64,000 nt of DNA from an uncultured Clostridia bacterium (GTDB lineage Bacteria; Bacillota; Clostridia; Christensenellales; UBA3700), in NCBI GenBank assembly GCA_947646415.1, contig CANSGN010000006.1, forward strand, positions 2,431 through 66,430, written 5' to 3'. Position numbers and translations under genes: made by a program. The notes under the pieces were generated by a model. That model was given only the letters and a program-made list of their open reading frames with translations. It was not told the origin of the DNA and ran no database searches. Below are positions 47,601 through 57,232 of this stretch, piece by piece (positions within the stretch are counted from its first letter, which is position 1; each line of letters opens with the position of its first letter).

Positions 47601-47834
47601 TTACTTAGCCTTTTTAGCAGATTTGCTGTTAGGCTCCGGTGAGATATTCAATTCTCTTTGACGAAGAACAGTCTTTACTCTTGCAATATCTTTCTTAACC
47701 AAGTTAAGTTGATTAGCGTTTTCAAGTTGACCGGTGGCATGCTTAAAACGAAGGTTAAATAACTCTTCTTTTAAAGAATCCAATTTTACTTCCAACTCTT
47801 TGTTTGTCATATCAAATAATTCTTTAGCCTTCAT
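47601..47834 (-). CDS. rpmC: 50S ribosomal protein L29
   Basis: [33 protein letters not shown] overlaps the rplP TAA (TAATG). Short SKSAKKAK tail. Confidence 0.94.
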   Translation of the reverse strand: MKAKELFDMTNKELEVKLDSLKEELFNLRFKHATGQLENANQLNLVKKDIARVKTVLRQRELNISPEPNSKSAKKAK

Positions 47835-48256
47835 TAACACTCACCGCCTTCTTCTTTTTTAACAAATTTGCATTTAACAGGCAATTTGTGACTAGCAAGT
47901 CTGAATGCCTCTCTTGCAACTTCCTCAGGTACACCTGCCATTTCAAACATAACGCGACCTGGTTTAACAACTGCAACCCAATATTCTACAGAACCTTTAC
48001 CTGAACCCATACGAGTTTCAGCAGGTTTCTTAGTGATAGGTTTGTGAGGGAAGATATTAATCCATACCTTACCGCCCCTCTTTACATAACGTGTCATAGC
48101 GATACGGGCAGCCTCAATTTGGTTAGAAGTAACCCAAGATGGCTCTAAGCTAACCAAACCGTACTCGCCGTAAGCAACTTGATTGCCTTTATTTGCAACA
48201 CCTTTCATTCTACCACGGTGTACACGTCTTCTTTTAACTCTCTTAGGCATTAACAT
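47834..48256 (-). CDS. rplP: 50S ribosomal protein L16
   Basis: [19 protein letters not shown]... Confidence 0.97.
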   Translation of the reverse strand: MLMPKRVKRRRVHRGRMKGVANKGNQVAYGEYGLVSLEPSWVTSNQIEAARIAMTRYVKRGGKVWINIFPHKPITKKPAETRMGSGKGSVEYWVAVVKPGRVMFEMAGVPEEVAREAFRLASHKLPVKCKFVKKEEGGEC

Positions 48257-48930
48257 TACGCTTTACCTCCTTCCTTTTTGATACCGCGACCTAATACCTC
48301 GCCTTTGTAAATCCATACTTTAACACCGATAATACCGAATGTAGTATGAGCTTCTGCAGTAGCATAGTCGATATCTGCTCTTAGAGTTTGCAAAGGAATA
48401 GAACCTTCGTGATAACTCTCGGAACGTGCGATTTCAGCACCGTCCAATCTACCCGAACACATAGTTTTAATACCTTTAGCGCCGCCTTTCATAGCTCTTG
48501 AAATAGCTTGTTTCATAGTACGACGGAAAGCAGCTCTCTTTTCAAGTTGTGCTGCAATGCTTTCTGCAACTAATTGTGCATCAACGTCCGGACGATTAAT
48601 CTCATATATATTGATATTGATTTGTTTGCCTGGAGCAATCTTTTTGATTTGCTCTTTCATTTGGTTTACACCTTCGCCACCTTTACCGATAAGAACGCCT
48701 GGCTTAGAAGTGTAAATGTTTACCATAACGATATCTGCAGCACTTGAAAGGATTCTTTCGATAGTGATTTTGCTGATACCACTTGTAAAATATGTCTTTT
48801 TGATGAAGTTTCTAATTTTTTGGTCCTCAATCAAATTTGCCGAAAAATTCTTTTTATCAGCATACCATTGAGCATCCCAACCTTTAATTATACCTACTCT
48901 AAGTCCGTGTGGATTAACTTTTTGTCCCAT
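48256..48930 (-). CDS. rpsC: 30S ribosomal protein S3
   Basis: [19 protein letters not shown]... Confidence 0.97.
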   Translation of the reverse strand: MGQKVNPHGLRVGIIKGWDAQWYADKKNFSANLIEDQKIRNFIKKTYFTSGISKITIERILSSAADIVMVNIYTSKPGVLIGKGGEGVNQMKEQIKKIAPGKQININIYEINRPDVDAQLVAESIAAQLEKRAAFRRTMKQAISRAMKGGAKGIKTMCSGRLDGAEIARSESYHEGSIPLQTLRADIDYATAEAHTTFGIIGVKVWIYKGEVLGRGIKKEGGKA

Positions 48931-48941
48931 GGGATACCTCC

Positions 48942-49331
48942 TTACTCAGTAACCGTATCTAAGATAACGGTAATGTGGCTTGTACGCTTATTAATTCTGA
49001 AAGCTCTGCCTTGTGCACGTGGTTGAACTCTTTTAAGAATTGGACCGCCGTTTGCGAAACATTCTGCAATATACAAATCGTTTTTATTCATATTCAAGTT
49101 ATTCTCGGCATTTGCAGCAGCAGAATTTACAAGCTTAATCAATGGCTCGCAAGCTGCTTTTCTTGTATTTTTAAGAATAGCGATTGCCTCTACATAACTT
49201 TTTCCGCGAATAACATCAAGTACGATTCTAACCTTATCAGGAGAAATTCTAACATATTTTGCAACTGCTCTTGGACGCTTATCAGCATTTAGAGCACGAT
49301 TTTCAGATTTAGTTCTAACTCTTTTTGCCAT
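48942..49331 (-). CDS. rplV: 50S ribosomal protein L22
   Basis: 129 aa. Position, and [17 protein letters not shown]. Confidence 0.95.
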   Translation of the reverse strand: MAKRVRTKSENRALNADKRPRAVAKYVRISPDKVRIVLDVIRGKSYVEAIAILKNTRKAACEPLIKLVNSAAANAENNLNMNKNDLYIAECFANGGPILKRVQPRAQGRAFRINKRTSHITVILDTVTE

Positions 49332-49348
49332 TATAAATTACCTCCTAA

Positions 49349-49627
49349 TTATCTACCACCGGTAGTTTTGCCGCCAGCATGACCTTTAAAAGTTCTTGTT
49401 GGAGCGAACTCACCTAGTTTGCAACCTACCATATCCTCTGTAATATATACAGGAACGTGTTTTCTACCATCATGAACAGCGATAGTGTGACCTACCATTT
49501 CAGGGAATATAGTTGATGACCTTGACCAAGTCTTGATAACAGCCTTTTTATTCTCATTGTTCATAGCAATTACTCTATTGATAAGCCTTTCTTCTACGAA
49601 AGGACCTTTTTTAACTGACCTACTCAT
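49349..49627 (-). CDS. rpsS: 30S ribosomal protein S19
   Basis: [13 protein letters not shown]...[17 protein letters not shown]. Confidence 0.97.
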   Translation of the reverse strand: MSRSVKKGPFVEERLINRVIAMNNENKKAVIKTWSRSSTIFPEMVGHTIAVHDGRKHVPVYITEDMVGCKLGEFAPTRTFKGHAGGKTTGGR

Positions 49628-49641
49628 TTCATATCCTCCGA

Positions 49642-50469
49642 TTAGTTCACGCGTTTGATAATGAACTTATTAGTTCTGTTCTTTTTCTTTCTGGTCTTGT
49701 AACCAAGTGCAGGTTTACCCCAAGGAGTAACCGGGCTTGGCATACCGATTGGCGACTTACCTTCACCACCACCGTGAGGGTGGTCACAAGGGTTCATTAC
49801 TACACCACGAACAGTTGGTTTAACGCCCATGTGACGATGTCTACCAGCTTTACCGATACTTACGATTTCGTGGTCTAGGTTACCAACTTGACCGATTGTT
49901 GCTCTGCAAGACAATAATACATATCTCATCTCGCCCGATGGCAATCTTAAAATAGCATATTTGTTTTCCTTTGCCATAAGTTGTGCTGCTTGACCTGCTG
50001 CTCTTGCGATTTGACCGCCTTTGCCAGGGTGCAACTCGATATTATGAAGCAATGTACCTACAGGGATATTCTCGATTGGTAAGCAGTTACCAACTTTGAT
50101 TTCTGCATTCGCACCATTCATAACAACATCGCCTTTGTTCAAGCCAACAGGTGCTAAGATATAAGCTTTTGCACCGTCTGCATAATGCAATAATGCGATA
50201 TTTGCTGTACGATTTGGGTCGTATTGAATTTCAGCAACTTTTGCAGGAATATTGTCTTTATTACGCTTAAAATCGATAATTCTGTATTTTTGTCTATTAC
50301 CACCGCCAATGTGTCTGACAGTGATTCTACCGTTATTATTTCTACCGCCTGATTTGCTTTGAGTTTCAAGCAAACTTCTCTCTGGTTTTGTGCTTGTGAT
50401 TTCGTCAAAAGCAGAAACACTCATAAAACGACGGGCAGGAGAAGTTGGTTTATATCTTTTAATAGCCAT
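49642..50469 (-). CDS. rplB: 50S ribosomal protein L2
   Basis: [17 protein letters not shown]...[13 protein letters not shown]. Confidence 0.97.
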   Translation of the reverse strand: MAIKRYKPTSPARRFMSVSAFDEITSTKPERSLLETQSKSGGRNNNGRITVRHIGGGNRQKYRIIDFKRNKDNIPAKVAEIQYDPNRTANIALLHYADGAKAYILAPVGLNKGDVVMNGANAEIKVGNCLPIENIPVGTLLHNIELHPGKGGQIARAAGQAAQLMAKENKYAILRLPSGEMRYVLLSCRATIGQVGNLDHEIVSIGKAGRHRHMGVKPTVRGVVMNPCDHPHGGGEGKSPIGMPSPVTPWGKPALGYKTRKKKNRTNKFIIKRVN

Positions 50470-50486
50470 TATAATTACCTCCGCTC

Positions 50487-50777
50487 TTATGCCAAACTAT
50501 CGAAGAATTCGATGCGTTTGCTGTTCTCAGTAAGTTGAACATAAGCCTTTTTGAAAGATGGTGTTCTTCCTTCACTTCTGCCCATTCTTTTAATTTTACC
50601 ATCATAGTTTACTGTATTTACTTTAGCAACTTGAACTCCGAAAATCTCTTCAACAGCTTTTTTGATTTGAGTTTTAGTTGCTCTTTTGTCCACCTTAAAA
50701 GTGTACTTCATACCCTCGATGCCCTCATAACTTTTTTCAGTTAAGATAGGACTGATAATGATATCGTAAGCGTTCAT
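50487..50777 (-). CDS. rplW: 50S ribosomal protein L23
   Basis: 96 aa. [12 protein letters not shown]... Confidence 0.95.
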   Translation of the reverse strand: MNAYDIIISPILTEKSYEGIEGMKYTFKVDKRATKTQIKKAVEEIFGVQVAKVNTVNYDGKIKRMGRSEGRTPSFKKAYVQLTENSKRIEFFDSLA

Positions 50778-51397
50778 TATGCGTACACCTCCTCAATTTT
50801 CTTTATAGCATCTTTTGTCATAATGCAGTTTGCATTTGCTACTACATCGTAAACATTTATTAAAGATGCGTTAATTAAAGTTACATTTTCAATGTTGCGG
50901 CAAGCTCTGATAACTAGTTCGTCACGCTCTCCAACAACCAAAAGTACTCTTTTTTCCATTTTAAGATTTTTCAAAACAGTTGCGATTTCTTTAGTCTTAC
51001 CGTTTTCTGCCTTGATTTCGTTGATAACGATAATTTCGTTATCACGAACTTTTTGAGACAAAGCACTCTTTAGTGCAGCAACTTTCATCTTTTGATTTAT
51101 CTTTTGGCTGAAATCTCTTGGCTTTGGTGCAAATACCACACCACCTTTAATCCATTGTGGAGCACGAATGCTACCTTGTCTAGCTCTACCTGTACCTTTT
51201 TGTCTCCAAGGCTTAATTCCGCCTCCGCGAACTTCTGCTCTTGTTAAAGTGCTTTTGGTACCTTGTCTTTTATTTGCAAGTTGAGCAACAACAACTTGAT
51301 GGATTAGAGCCGCGTTATACTCTTGCTCAAAAACTGCAGCATTTAATTCGATTGTACCAACTTTTTTACCGCTGCTATTTACAACTTTCATTTCCAT
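50777..51397 (-). CDS. rplD: 50S ribosomal protein L4
   Basis: MEMKVVNSSGKKVGTIELN...RGGGIKPWRQKGTGRARQGS. Start at ATG 51397 (GGAGGG 7 nt upstream). Confidence 0.95.
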   Translation of the reverse strand: MEMKVVNSSGKKVGTIELNAAVFEQEYNAALIHQVVVAQLANKRQGTKSTLTRAEVRGGGIKPWRQKGTGRARQGSIRAPQWIKGGVVFAPKPRDFSQKINQKMKVAALKSALSQKVRDNEIIVINEIKAENGKTKEIATVLKNLKMEKRVLLVVGERDELVIRACRNIENVTLINASLINVYDVVANANCIMTKDAIKKIEEVYA

Positions 51398-51411
51398 TTT
51401 TAAGCCCTCCA

Positions 51412-52041
51412 TTAACCTTTGCAAGATTGCTTAACGATAACGATTCCGCCCTTAGCACCAGGGATAGCACCCTTAACTAGCAAAATATTACGCTCTGCAT
51501 CTACTTTTACAATTTGCAAGTTTTGAACTGTGCATTTTGTATTACCATATTGACCTGGCATTTTCTTGTTTTTGAAAACCCTTGACGGACTTGAGCAAGA
51601 ACCCATAGAACCTACACCTCTGTGGTATCCTGAGCCGTGTGCCATAGGACCAATGTGGAAATTGTGTCTTTTGATTGTACCGCTAAATCCTTTACCTTTA
51701 GAAGTACCGGAAACATCTACCTTATCGCCGGCTGCGAAAATGTCAGCTTTAATCTCACTTCCGATTTCAAAGCTTGCACAATTTTCAAACTTGAATTCTT
51801 TTAAAATTCTCTTTGGTTCAACGCCAGCTTTCTTGTAGTGACCTGCAACAGGTTTGTTTACATTTTTGCTACTGATAGTACCGAAAGCAACTTGTACTGC
51901 CTCATAACCATCTTTTTCTACTGTTTTCTTTTGCACAACGGGACATGGACCTGCTTCCACAACTGTTACCGGGATAACTTTGCCATCCTCATTGAATATT
52001 TGGCTCATGCCAATCTTCTTTCCAATGATTGCTTTATTCAT
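51412..52041 (-). CDS. rplC: 50S ribosomal protein L3
   Basis: [16 protein letters not shown]... Confidence 0.97.
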   Translation of the reverse strand: MNKAIIGKKIGMSQIFNEDGKVIPVTVVEAGPCPVVQKKTVEKDGYEAVQVAFGTISSKNVNKPVAGHYKKAGVEPKRILKEFKFENCASFEIGSEIKADIFAAGDKVDVSGTSKGKGFSGTIKRHNFHIGPMAHGSGYHRGVGSMGSCSSPSRVFKNKKMPGQYGNTKCTVQNLQIVKVDAERNILLVKGAIPGAKGGIVIVKQSCKG

Positions 52042-52076
52042 AGATAAAGTTCACCTCCAAATTTATTCTCTATTTA

Positions 52077-52385
52077 TTAAAGTTTGATGTTGATATCAAC
52101 GCCTGCAGGCAAATCAAGTTTCATTAAACTATCAACTGCTTGTGCAGTAGGGTTGAAAATATCAATCAAACGTTTGTGGGTTCTTAGTTCAAATTGCTCT
52201 CTGCTATCTTTATATTTGTGCGGAGAACGGATAATAGTTACTACTTCTTTTTCTGTAGGTAGCGGAATAGGACCGGATACCTTAGTGTTGTGTCTTTTGA
52301 TTGTCTCTACGATTTTCTCTGCAGCTACATCAATAAGATTGTGGTCGTAAGCTTTTAGCTTGATTCTGATTTTTTGTGTTGCCAT
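52077..52385 (-). CDS. rpsJ: 30S ribosomal protein S10
   Basis: [26 protein letters not shown]... Confidence 0.97.
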   Translation of the reverse strand: MATQKIRIKLKAYDHNLIDVAAEKIVETIKRHNTKVSGPIPLPTEKEVVTIIRSPHKYKDSREQFELRTHKRLIDIFNPTAQAVDSLMKLDLPAGVDINIKL

Positions 52386-52577
52386 ATTAAATGACCTCCT
52401 GTTTTCCTAACTCGTTATTATTACACATTACCGTGTGTGTCGTACTGTTGCTTTTAAATAAAGGCGTTTCCGCCCCAAATTTAAGAGTTAGTCGCTCGAT
52501 TGTCGAACCATTGTCCACGATAATTATCCGCAAAATATCGGTAACTTACCGCTTCATCCCATTTCAACAGCCTTATC

Positions 52578-52606
52578 ATTATATACAATTAAAGCCCTTA
52601 TGTCAA
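52578..52606 (-). promoter_or_regulatory. S10 operon promoter, perfect consensus TTGACA-17-TATAAT, followed by a ~185-nt leader
   Basis: Minus strand TTGACATAAGGGCTTTAATTGTATATAAT. The leader contains a GGGGCGGAAACGCCTTT hairpin before the rpsJ RBS. Confidence 0.8.
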
Positions 52607-52960
52607 ACATTTTTTCAAGGTTTTTCAATATTTTTCTCCCACAACCCTCCCACGTGTGTCATTTTTGTAAAAATAACGCTTTTTAATCAAATTTAGGGTA
52701 ATTTCCGCCCATTTTTGCAAAAAATTTTTTATTTTTACCAAATTTTCCGGCAATTTTTAGCAATATTTAGGCTAATAATTTGTTGTATTTTATCTTATTG
52801 ACAAATTATTTAGGAACATTTTCTATTCAAATTAAAAAATGATTTAAAAATTTACAGTGCTATAAATTTCTTTTCTATAAACTGTAAATGATTGAATTTA
52901 CTCCTATTTTTCTATTTTAAAATTGCAAAGATTAATTAAGGATATTTTAATAATAAACTA

Positions 52961-52990
52961 TTGTTAAACTAGTTTAATTTATGGTATAAT
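52961..52990 (+). promoter_or_regulatory. promoter of the four-gene HTH array (TTGTTA-18-TGgTATAAT)
   Basis: Hexamers at 52961-52966 and 52985-52990, with an extended -10 TG. 34 nt upstream of the first ATG. Confidence 0.65.
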
Positions 52991-53023
52991 GATTTTAAAC
53001 AAAAAACACAATAAGGCAATTCA

Positions 53024-53476
53024 ATGATTAAACAAACTGTTTCAATAAAAAACTTTACCGAAAATTTTACAGATTTATTTTTAAACACTAATATTACAAA
53101 ACATCAATTTGCAAAAGAAGTTGGTATCGACCATTATCAAATAACCTGCTATCTACAAGGGACTATCCCTATTACTAGAAGTATTGTTAAAATTTGCGAT
53201 TACTTTAATTGTTCCATTGACTATATGTTAGGACTAAGCGATTGCTTTGCTTATCCCAATATGCAAAAAGGCTTTAAGAAAGATTGTTTTTACCCTGAGT
53301 ATCAAAGGTTGTTAAAACTTAATAATAAAACCCATTATACCTTAGCGAAAGAAAAAATCGTAACTTCAACTAAACAAAGTTTGTGGAAAAAAGGCGGTCT
53401 GCCTAAATTTGAAGTTATTATCGCAATCGCATACGAGCTTGGTGGGTCTATCGACAAAATGTTGGGACGAATTTAA
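53024..53476 (+). CDS. dual-HTH (two XRE/Cro-like domains) transcriptional regulator, array member A
   Basis: 150 aa. Domain 1: FAKEVGIDHYQITCYLQGTIPITRSIVKICDYFNCSIDYMLGLSD. Domain 2: YTLAKEKIVTSTKQSLWKKGGLPKFEVIIAIAYELGGSIDKMLGRI. Confidence 0.75.
   Translation: MIKQTVSIKNFTENFTDLFLNTNITKHQFAKEVGIDHYQITCYLQGTIPITRSIVKICDYFNCSIDYMLGLSDCFAYPNMQKGFKKDCFYPEYQRLLKLNNKTHYTLAKEKIVTSTKQSLWKKGGLPKFEVIIAIAYELGGSIDKMLGRI
53054..53463 (+). repeat. 410-bp exact direct repeat, copy 1 (partner 53997-54406, period 943 nt)
   Basis: Base-by-base comparison of the two stretches shows no mismatch. Identity breaks at 53053/53996 and at 53464/54407. Confidence 0.9.
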
Positions 53477-53493
53477 AAACATAAGGAAATTAT

Positions 53494-53937
53494 ATGATTA
53501 ACGATACTAATAAATTTACAGAAATTTTTACAGATTTACTAAGCGAAACACAACTATCAAATTTTCAGTTTTCAAAACTAATAGGGGTTGACCACAAAAG
53601 AATAAAGGCATATATATCAGGTGGCATTCCTACAACTGAAACAATAGCTAAGATTTGCGACTATTTTAAGTGTTCAATGGATTACCTTACAGGTCTTAGC
53701 AATGAGTTTAACTATAAAAACATGAAAAACGGATATTCTACATCATTTTTTATGACTGAATATCAAAAGCTACTTACTATTAATAATACAAATCATTTTG
53801 CGCTATCCAAAAAGGGAATCGTCAATGAATCAAGTTTAAGTTGGTGGAAGAAAGGTCATTTACCACAATTTGAAGTAATTTTTAATATCGCGTATGAACT
53901 TGGTGGCTCAATAGATAAATTGCTTGGGCGTATATAA
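53494..53937 (+). CDS. dual-HTH regulator, array member B
   Basis: 147 aa, same two-domain layout (..KICDYFKCSMDYLTGLSNE.. / ..WWKKGHLPQFEVIFNIAYELGGSIDKLLGRI). AAGGAAAT RBS. Confidence 0.75.
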   Translation: MINDTNKFTEIFTDLLSETQLSNFQFSKLIGVDHKRIKAYISGGIPTTETIAKICDYFKCSMDYLTGLSNEFNYKNMKNGYSTSFFMTEYQKLLTINNTNHFALSKKGIVNESSLSWWKKGHLPQFEVIFNIAYELGGSIDKLLGRI

Positions 53938-53966
53938 AATAATATCCATTATTACGAGGATAACTA

Positions 53967-54419
53967 ATGATAAACTCAATAAAATTTAAAGACTTATTTA
54001 CCGAAAATTTTACAGATTTATTTTTAAACACTAATATTACAAAACATCAATTTGCAAAAGAAGTTGGTATCGACCATTATCAAATAACCTGCTATCTACA
54101 AGGGACTATCCCTATTACTAGAAGTATTGTTAAAATTTGCGATTACTTTAATTGTTCCATTGACTATATGTTAGGACTAAGCGATTGCTTTGCTTATCCC
54201 AATATGCAAAAAGGCTTTAAGAAAGATTGTTTTTACCCTGAGTATCAAAGGTTGTTAAAACTTAATAATAAAACCCATTATACCTTAGCGAAAGAAAAAA
54301 TCGTAACTTCAACTAAACAAAGTTTGTGGAAAAAAGGCGGTCTGCCTAAATTTGAAGTTATTATCGCAATCGCATACGAGCTTGGTGGGTCTATCGACAA
54401 AATGTTAGGTCGAATTTAA
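53967..54419 (+). CDS. dual-HTH regulator, array member A' (identical to A except for the first ~10 codons)
   Basis: 150 aa. Protein identical to A from FTENFTDLFLNT to the end. GAGGATAAC RBS. Confidence 0.75.
   Translation: MINSIKFKDLFTENFTDLFLNTNITKHQFAKEVGIDHYQITCYLQGTIPITRSIVKICDYFNCSIDYMLGLSDCFAYPNMQKGFKKDCFYPEYQRLLKLNNKTHYTLAKEKIVTSTKQSLWKKGGLPKFEVIIAIAYELGGSIDKMLGRI
53997..54406 (+). repeat. 410-bp exact direct repeat, copy 2
   Basis: See 53054-53463. Confidence 0.9.
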
Positions 54420-54442
54420 AAATTATTTAATAGGGATATATA

Positions 54443-54871
54443 ATGAATTTTACGGAAATTTTTACTGATTTGTTTTTAGAAACTGCACTAAACAAAACAA
54501 CATTTGCTAATCAACTAGGCATTGGTCATTCCTCAATTCAAAAATATATGAATGGAGTTATTCCGTCTCCAAAAACTGTCGCGTTGATTTGCGATTATTT
54601 TAATTGTTCAATGGACTACATAACAGGGTTGAGTGATGAATTTAATTACAAAAATTCTAAAGGCGGATTGGACAAGCAATGTTTTATAACGGAATACCAA
54701 AAGCTTTTAGAGATAAATAAAACTAACCACTATACTTTATCAAAAAGCTATTTGGTTAATGAATCGAGTTTGAGTTGGTGGAAAAAAGGCGGTCTGCCTA
54801 AATTTGAAGTGATTTTTAATATCGCGTATGAACTTGGCGGGTCAATAGATAAATTGCTTGGGCGTATTTAA
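54443..54871 (+). CDS. dual-HTH regulator, array member B'
   Basis: 142 aa, about two-thirds identical to B by eye. AGGGATAT RBS. Confidence 0.75.
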   Translation: MNFTEIFTDLFLETALNKTTFANQLGIGHSSIQKYMNGVIPSPKTVALICDYFNCSMDYITGLSDEFNYKNSKGGLDKQCFITEYQKLLEINKTNHYTLSKSYLVNESSLSWWKKGGLPKFEVIFNIAYELGGSIDKLLGRI

Positions 54872-54889
54872 TTGTCAATTAAATTTTAA

Positions 54890-54926
54890 AACAAAAGCAA
54901 GCCGTAAAGTCGGCTTGCTTTTAATT
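54890..54926. terminator. bidirectional terminator between convergent operons
   Basis: AAAAGCAAGCCG-TAAAGT-CGGCTTGCTTTTAATT. Confidence 0.8.
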
Positions 54927-54942
54927 ATATATTAATGTAATT

Positions 54943-55728
54943 TTATATTATATTATAAAAATGAATTATATTAATATCTTTATCTATATTTTTACCGTGA
55001 TTCCCTAACAAGTACCATTCCCTATGCACGCCATGGTCGGTTATTGTTGCAAATAAAGTTTTTTGATTTTGATAAGATTGTTTGATTGCCTGCAACAACA
55101 TTTTATGACTTTGATTATAGTGCTTTAATGCCCTTTGGGAAAGTAATGACTTGGGATGAGTACGATGCATAATGTCATCATATTCCTGATTGTAAATGCA
55201 AATTACGTCATACTCTTTGCTATTTATAATTTGGATAGCCTTACTTATAACTTCTTTATCATTTTTTAGTGTATAGTAGTCAATCGCTCTGCCTCTAAAC
55301 AAAATATCCATACTTTGATTTTCAACGGTCACAATGCAAGTTTTTTTATTGGCTCTGACAAGTGCATCAAAAAAACTGTCAATTTCTATCTTCTTTTTTT
55401 CATAATGCTGTATACCATGTTCTTCGGGTGTACTACCCGTGTATATACTGCCAAAACAAACAGGTGTTTTGGGAGGTATAACAGAACTCATTTTTACCTT
55501 AAGTTCGCTATCCCAAATATCACTTAATAAATTTTTGTATTTGTCTGCTACCCACTCCCCAATGGCATCCGGATTAAAAACGATAATGCGGTCAACACCC
55601 TTACCCAAAGTGTTTTGCTCCACAAACTTATCCAACTCGTCTATCCCATCCCTTGCATAAGCAGGCGGAGAGATTTTTATTGCATTGCATAACGATTTTG
55701 TTATAGCTGTAATCGAATATCTTTCCAT
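54943..55728 (-). CDS. alkaline-phosphatase-superfamily (NPP/type I phosphodiesterase-like) hydrolase, cytoplasmic
   Basis: 261 aa, no signal peptide. Metal/nucleophile motifs appear intact: VFNPDAIG (Asp), PPKTPVCFGSIYTG..PEEHGI (Thr nucleophile), YDDIMHRTHP (Asp/His), ITDHGVH (Asp-His..His). Confidence 0.65.
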   Translation of the reverse strand: MERYSITAITKSLCNAIKISPPAYARDGIDELDKFVEQNTLGKGVDRIIVFNPDAIGEWVADKYKNLLSDIWDSELKVKMSSVIPPKTPVCFGSIYTGSTPEEHGIQHYEKKKIEIDSFFDALVRANKKTCIVTVENQSMDILFRGRAIDYYTLKNDKEVISKAIQIINSKEYDVICIYNQEYDDIMHRTHPKSLLSQRALKHYNQSHKMLLQAIKQSYQNQKTLFATITDHGVHREWYLLGNHGKNIDKDINIIHFYNII

Positions 55729-57227
55729 TAAAACAACTCCTTTTTTAATAGCTCCAATTCCTGTTGTTCTTCTGTAGATAACAATTCCAATTCGTTATCA
55801 CGTTGTTTTTGCACAAAATATCGTATTCTTTCACTTTTTCTCGTAGTTATTTTTATCATATATGCACCTAAAAATGCAATAACCAAACAAATCGGTATGC
55901 TAATTCCCAAAATCAAGCGCATACCCAATACCGCACTTTCCGGTTGCAAAGCATTTGTTCCAAGTTGCTCGTCATAGCCAAAGCCTTGCAAAACCCAACC
56001 GACTATAAGCACAGCAATGCCTGATGCAAACTTTTTGAAAAATGTCATTGTACTGTTATGAGCACCGGGGTTTCTGTCGTTTGATTTAAGTTCGGCAACA
56101 TCCACAACGTCGGGGAATACCAACCACGGTATCATTTGTGCCATACCAAAGCCAAGCCCCGCAATAGCAAGCGGTAAAATGATTAAGACAGGCATTGTCG
56201 AATGTAGCGGGAATGCCGCAAGTGATATCGCACCGATTATAAACATTGGAATACCGCACATAAAAATTATTGGTTTTGCGACCTTTTTTTGCAACATAGT
56301 AAATGATATAGGCATAATTAATGCAGCACCTATAAGCATAGACATATTTGCAATCGCAGATAATGACAAGCCCAAAATTTTGACATCCGAGCCACCTGTA
56401 ACGTTAAATACATACATCATTATTACATTTGCGATTATCTCGTTGCAAACAAAGGAAAATACATACATTAAAAGCAATCTTCTAAAACATTTTAGCTTAA
56501 AGGTAGCCAAAATATTTTTAAAGGAAAACCTCAGTTTTTCATTTGGCAAAGGAGTTCTTTCCTTGCGGAATAAAGCCGTCAATAAAATAGGAACTGCAAA
56601 CAACACCGAAAAAACACCTGCCACAATCAATGAAAATTGCGTTTCAGTAAGTTTTGCAACACCCGTTACAGGGTCTACGATAAGCATATCTTTTAATGCC
56701 GAAATTACAAGATAACAAATTGCGGTTGACAGCATACCCATGGCTAGCCTTACAAAATTCATGGAATTACGTTCTTTTAAATCCTCGCTGATTTCCGAAG
56801 ATAATGATAAATAAGGCACATTAAAAATTGTAGAAACAGTACTATAAAACAAGTGTGCAAATACTACATAAGCAACTTTACCCGCGGTACTACTCCACCC
56901 CTGTATAGGCATAAACAATACGAACAAAGCGACTACTATCAACAATCCCGACAAAAAAATGTAAGGTATTCTTCTGCCCCATTTTGTCCTAGTATTATCT
57001 GAAATACTACCCATAATAGGGTCGGTAAAAGCATCCCAAAACCTTGCAAGCATAATTATCGTACCCGCAGTACCTGCAGGGATTTTTAAAATATTAACTA
57101 AAAACCAAAGATAAAGTAATGACAAAATTGCCACGCCACCCGAGCCATAAATCTCCCCGACAGCAAATGACAACTTTTCAAATATACCGATTTTCGACGT
57201 GTTTTTGTTCATTTTATTCCTTTTCAA
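55728..57227 (-). CDS. GPH-family (glycoside-pentoside-hexuronide:cation symporter) MFS transporter
   Basis: 499 aa, 12 TM. N-terminal KLSFAVGEIYGSGG and ARFWDAFTDPIMGSISDNTRTKWGRRIPY signature loop. Confidence 0.8.
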   Translation of the reverse strand: MKRNKMNKNTSKIGIFEKLSFAVGEIYGSGGVAILSLLYLWFLVNILKIPAGTAGTIIMLARFWDAFTDPIMGSISDNTRTKWGRRIPYIFLSGLLIVVALFVLFMPIQGWSSTAGKVAYVVFAHLFYSTVSTIFNVPYLSLSSEISEDLKERNSMNFVRLAMGMLSTAICYLVISALKDMLIVDPVTGVAKLTETQFSLIVAGVFSVLFAVPILLTALFRKERTPLPNEKLRFSFKNILATFKLKCFRRLLLMYVFSFVCNEIIANVIMMYVFNVTGGSDVKILGLSLSAIANMSMLIGAALIMPISFTMLQKKVAKPIIFMCGIPMFIIGAISLAAFPLHSTMPVLIILPLAIAGLGFGMAQMIPWLVFPDVVDVAELKSNDRNPGAHNSTMTFFKKFASGIAVLIVGWVLQGFGYDEQLGTNALQPESAVLGMRLILGISIPICLVIAFLGAYMIKITTRKSERIRYFVQKQRDNELELLSTEEQQELELLKKELF

Positions 57228-57232
57228 CTACT

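Noticed and set aside
52699-52763. Imperfect direct repeat AATTTCCGCCCATTTTTGCAA / AATTTTCCGGCAATTTTTAGCAA, 90-160 nt upstream of the S10 promoter.
   Set aside because: There are only two degenerate copies in very AT-rich DNA. It could be an UP-element-like region, but the support is too weak to call a feature.
53024-54871. Regularly spaced repeats that could superficially suggest a CRISPR-like or satellite array.
   Set aside because: The period is 943 nt and the repeats are complete protein-coding genes with their own RBSs. There is no short repeat/spacer organisation and there are no cas genes.
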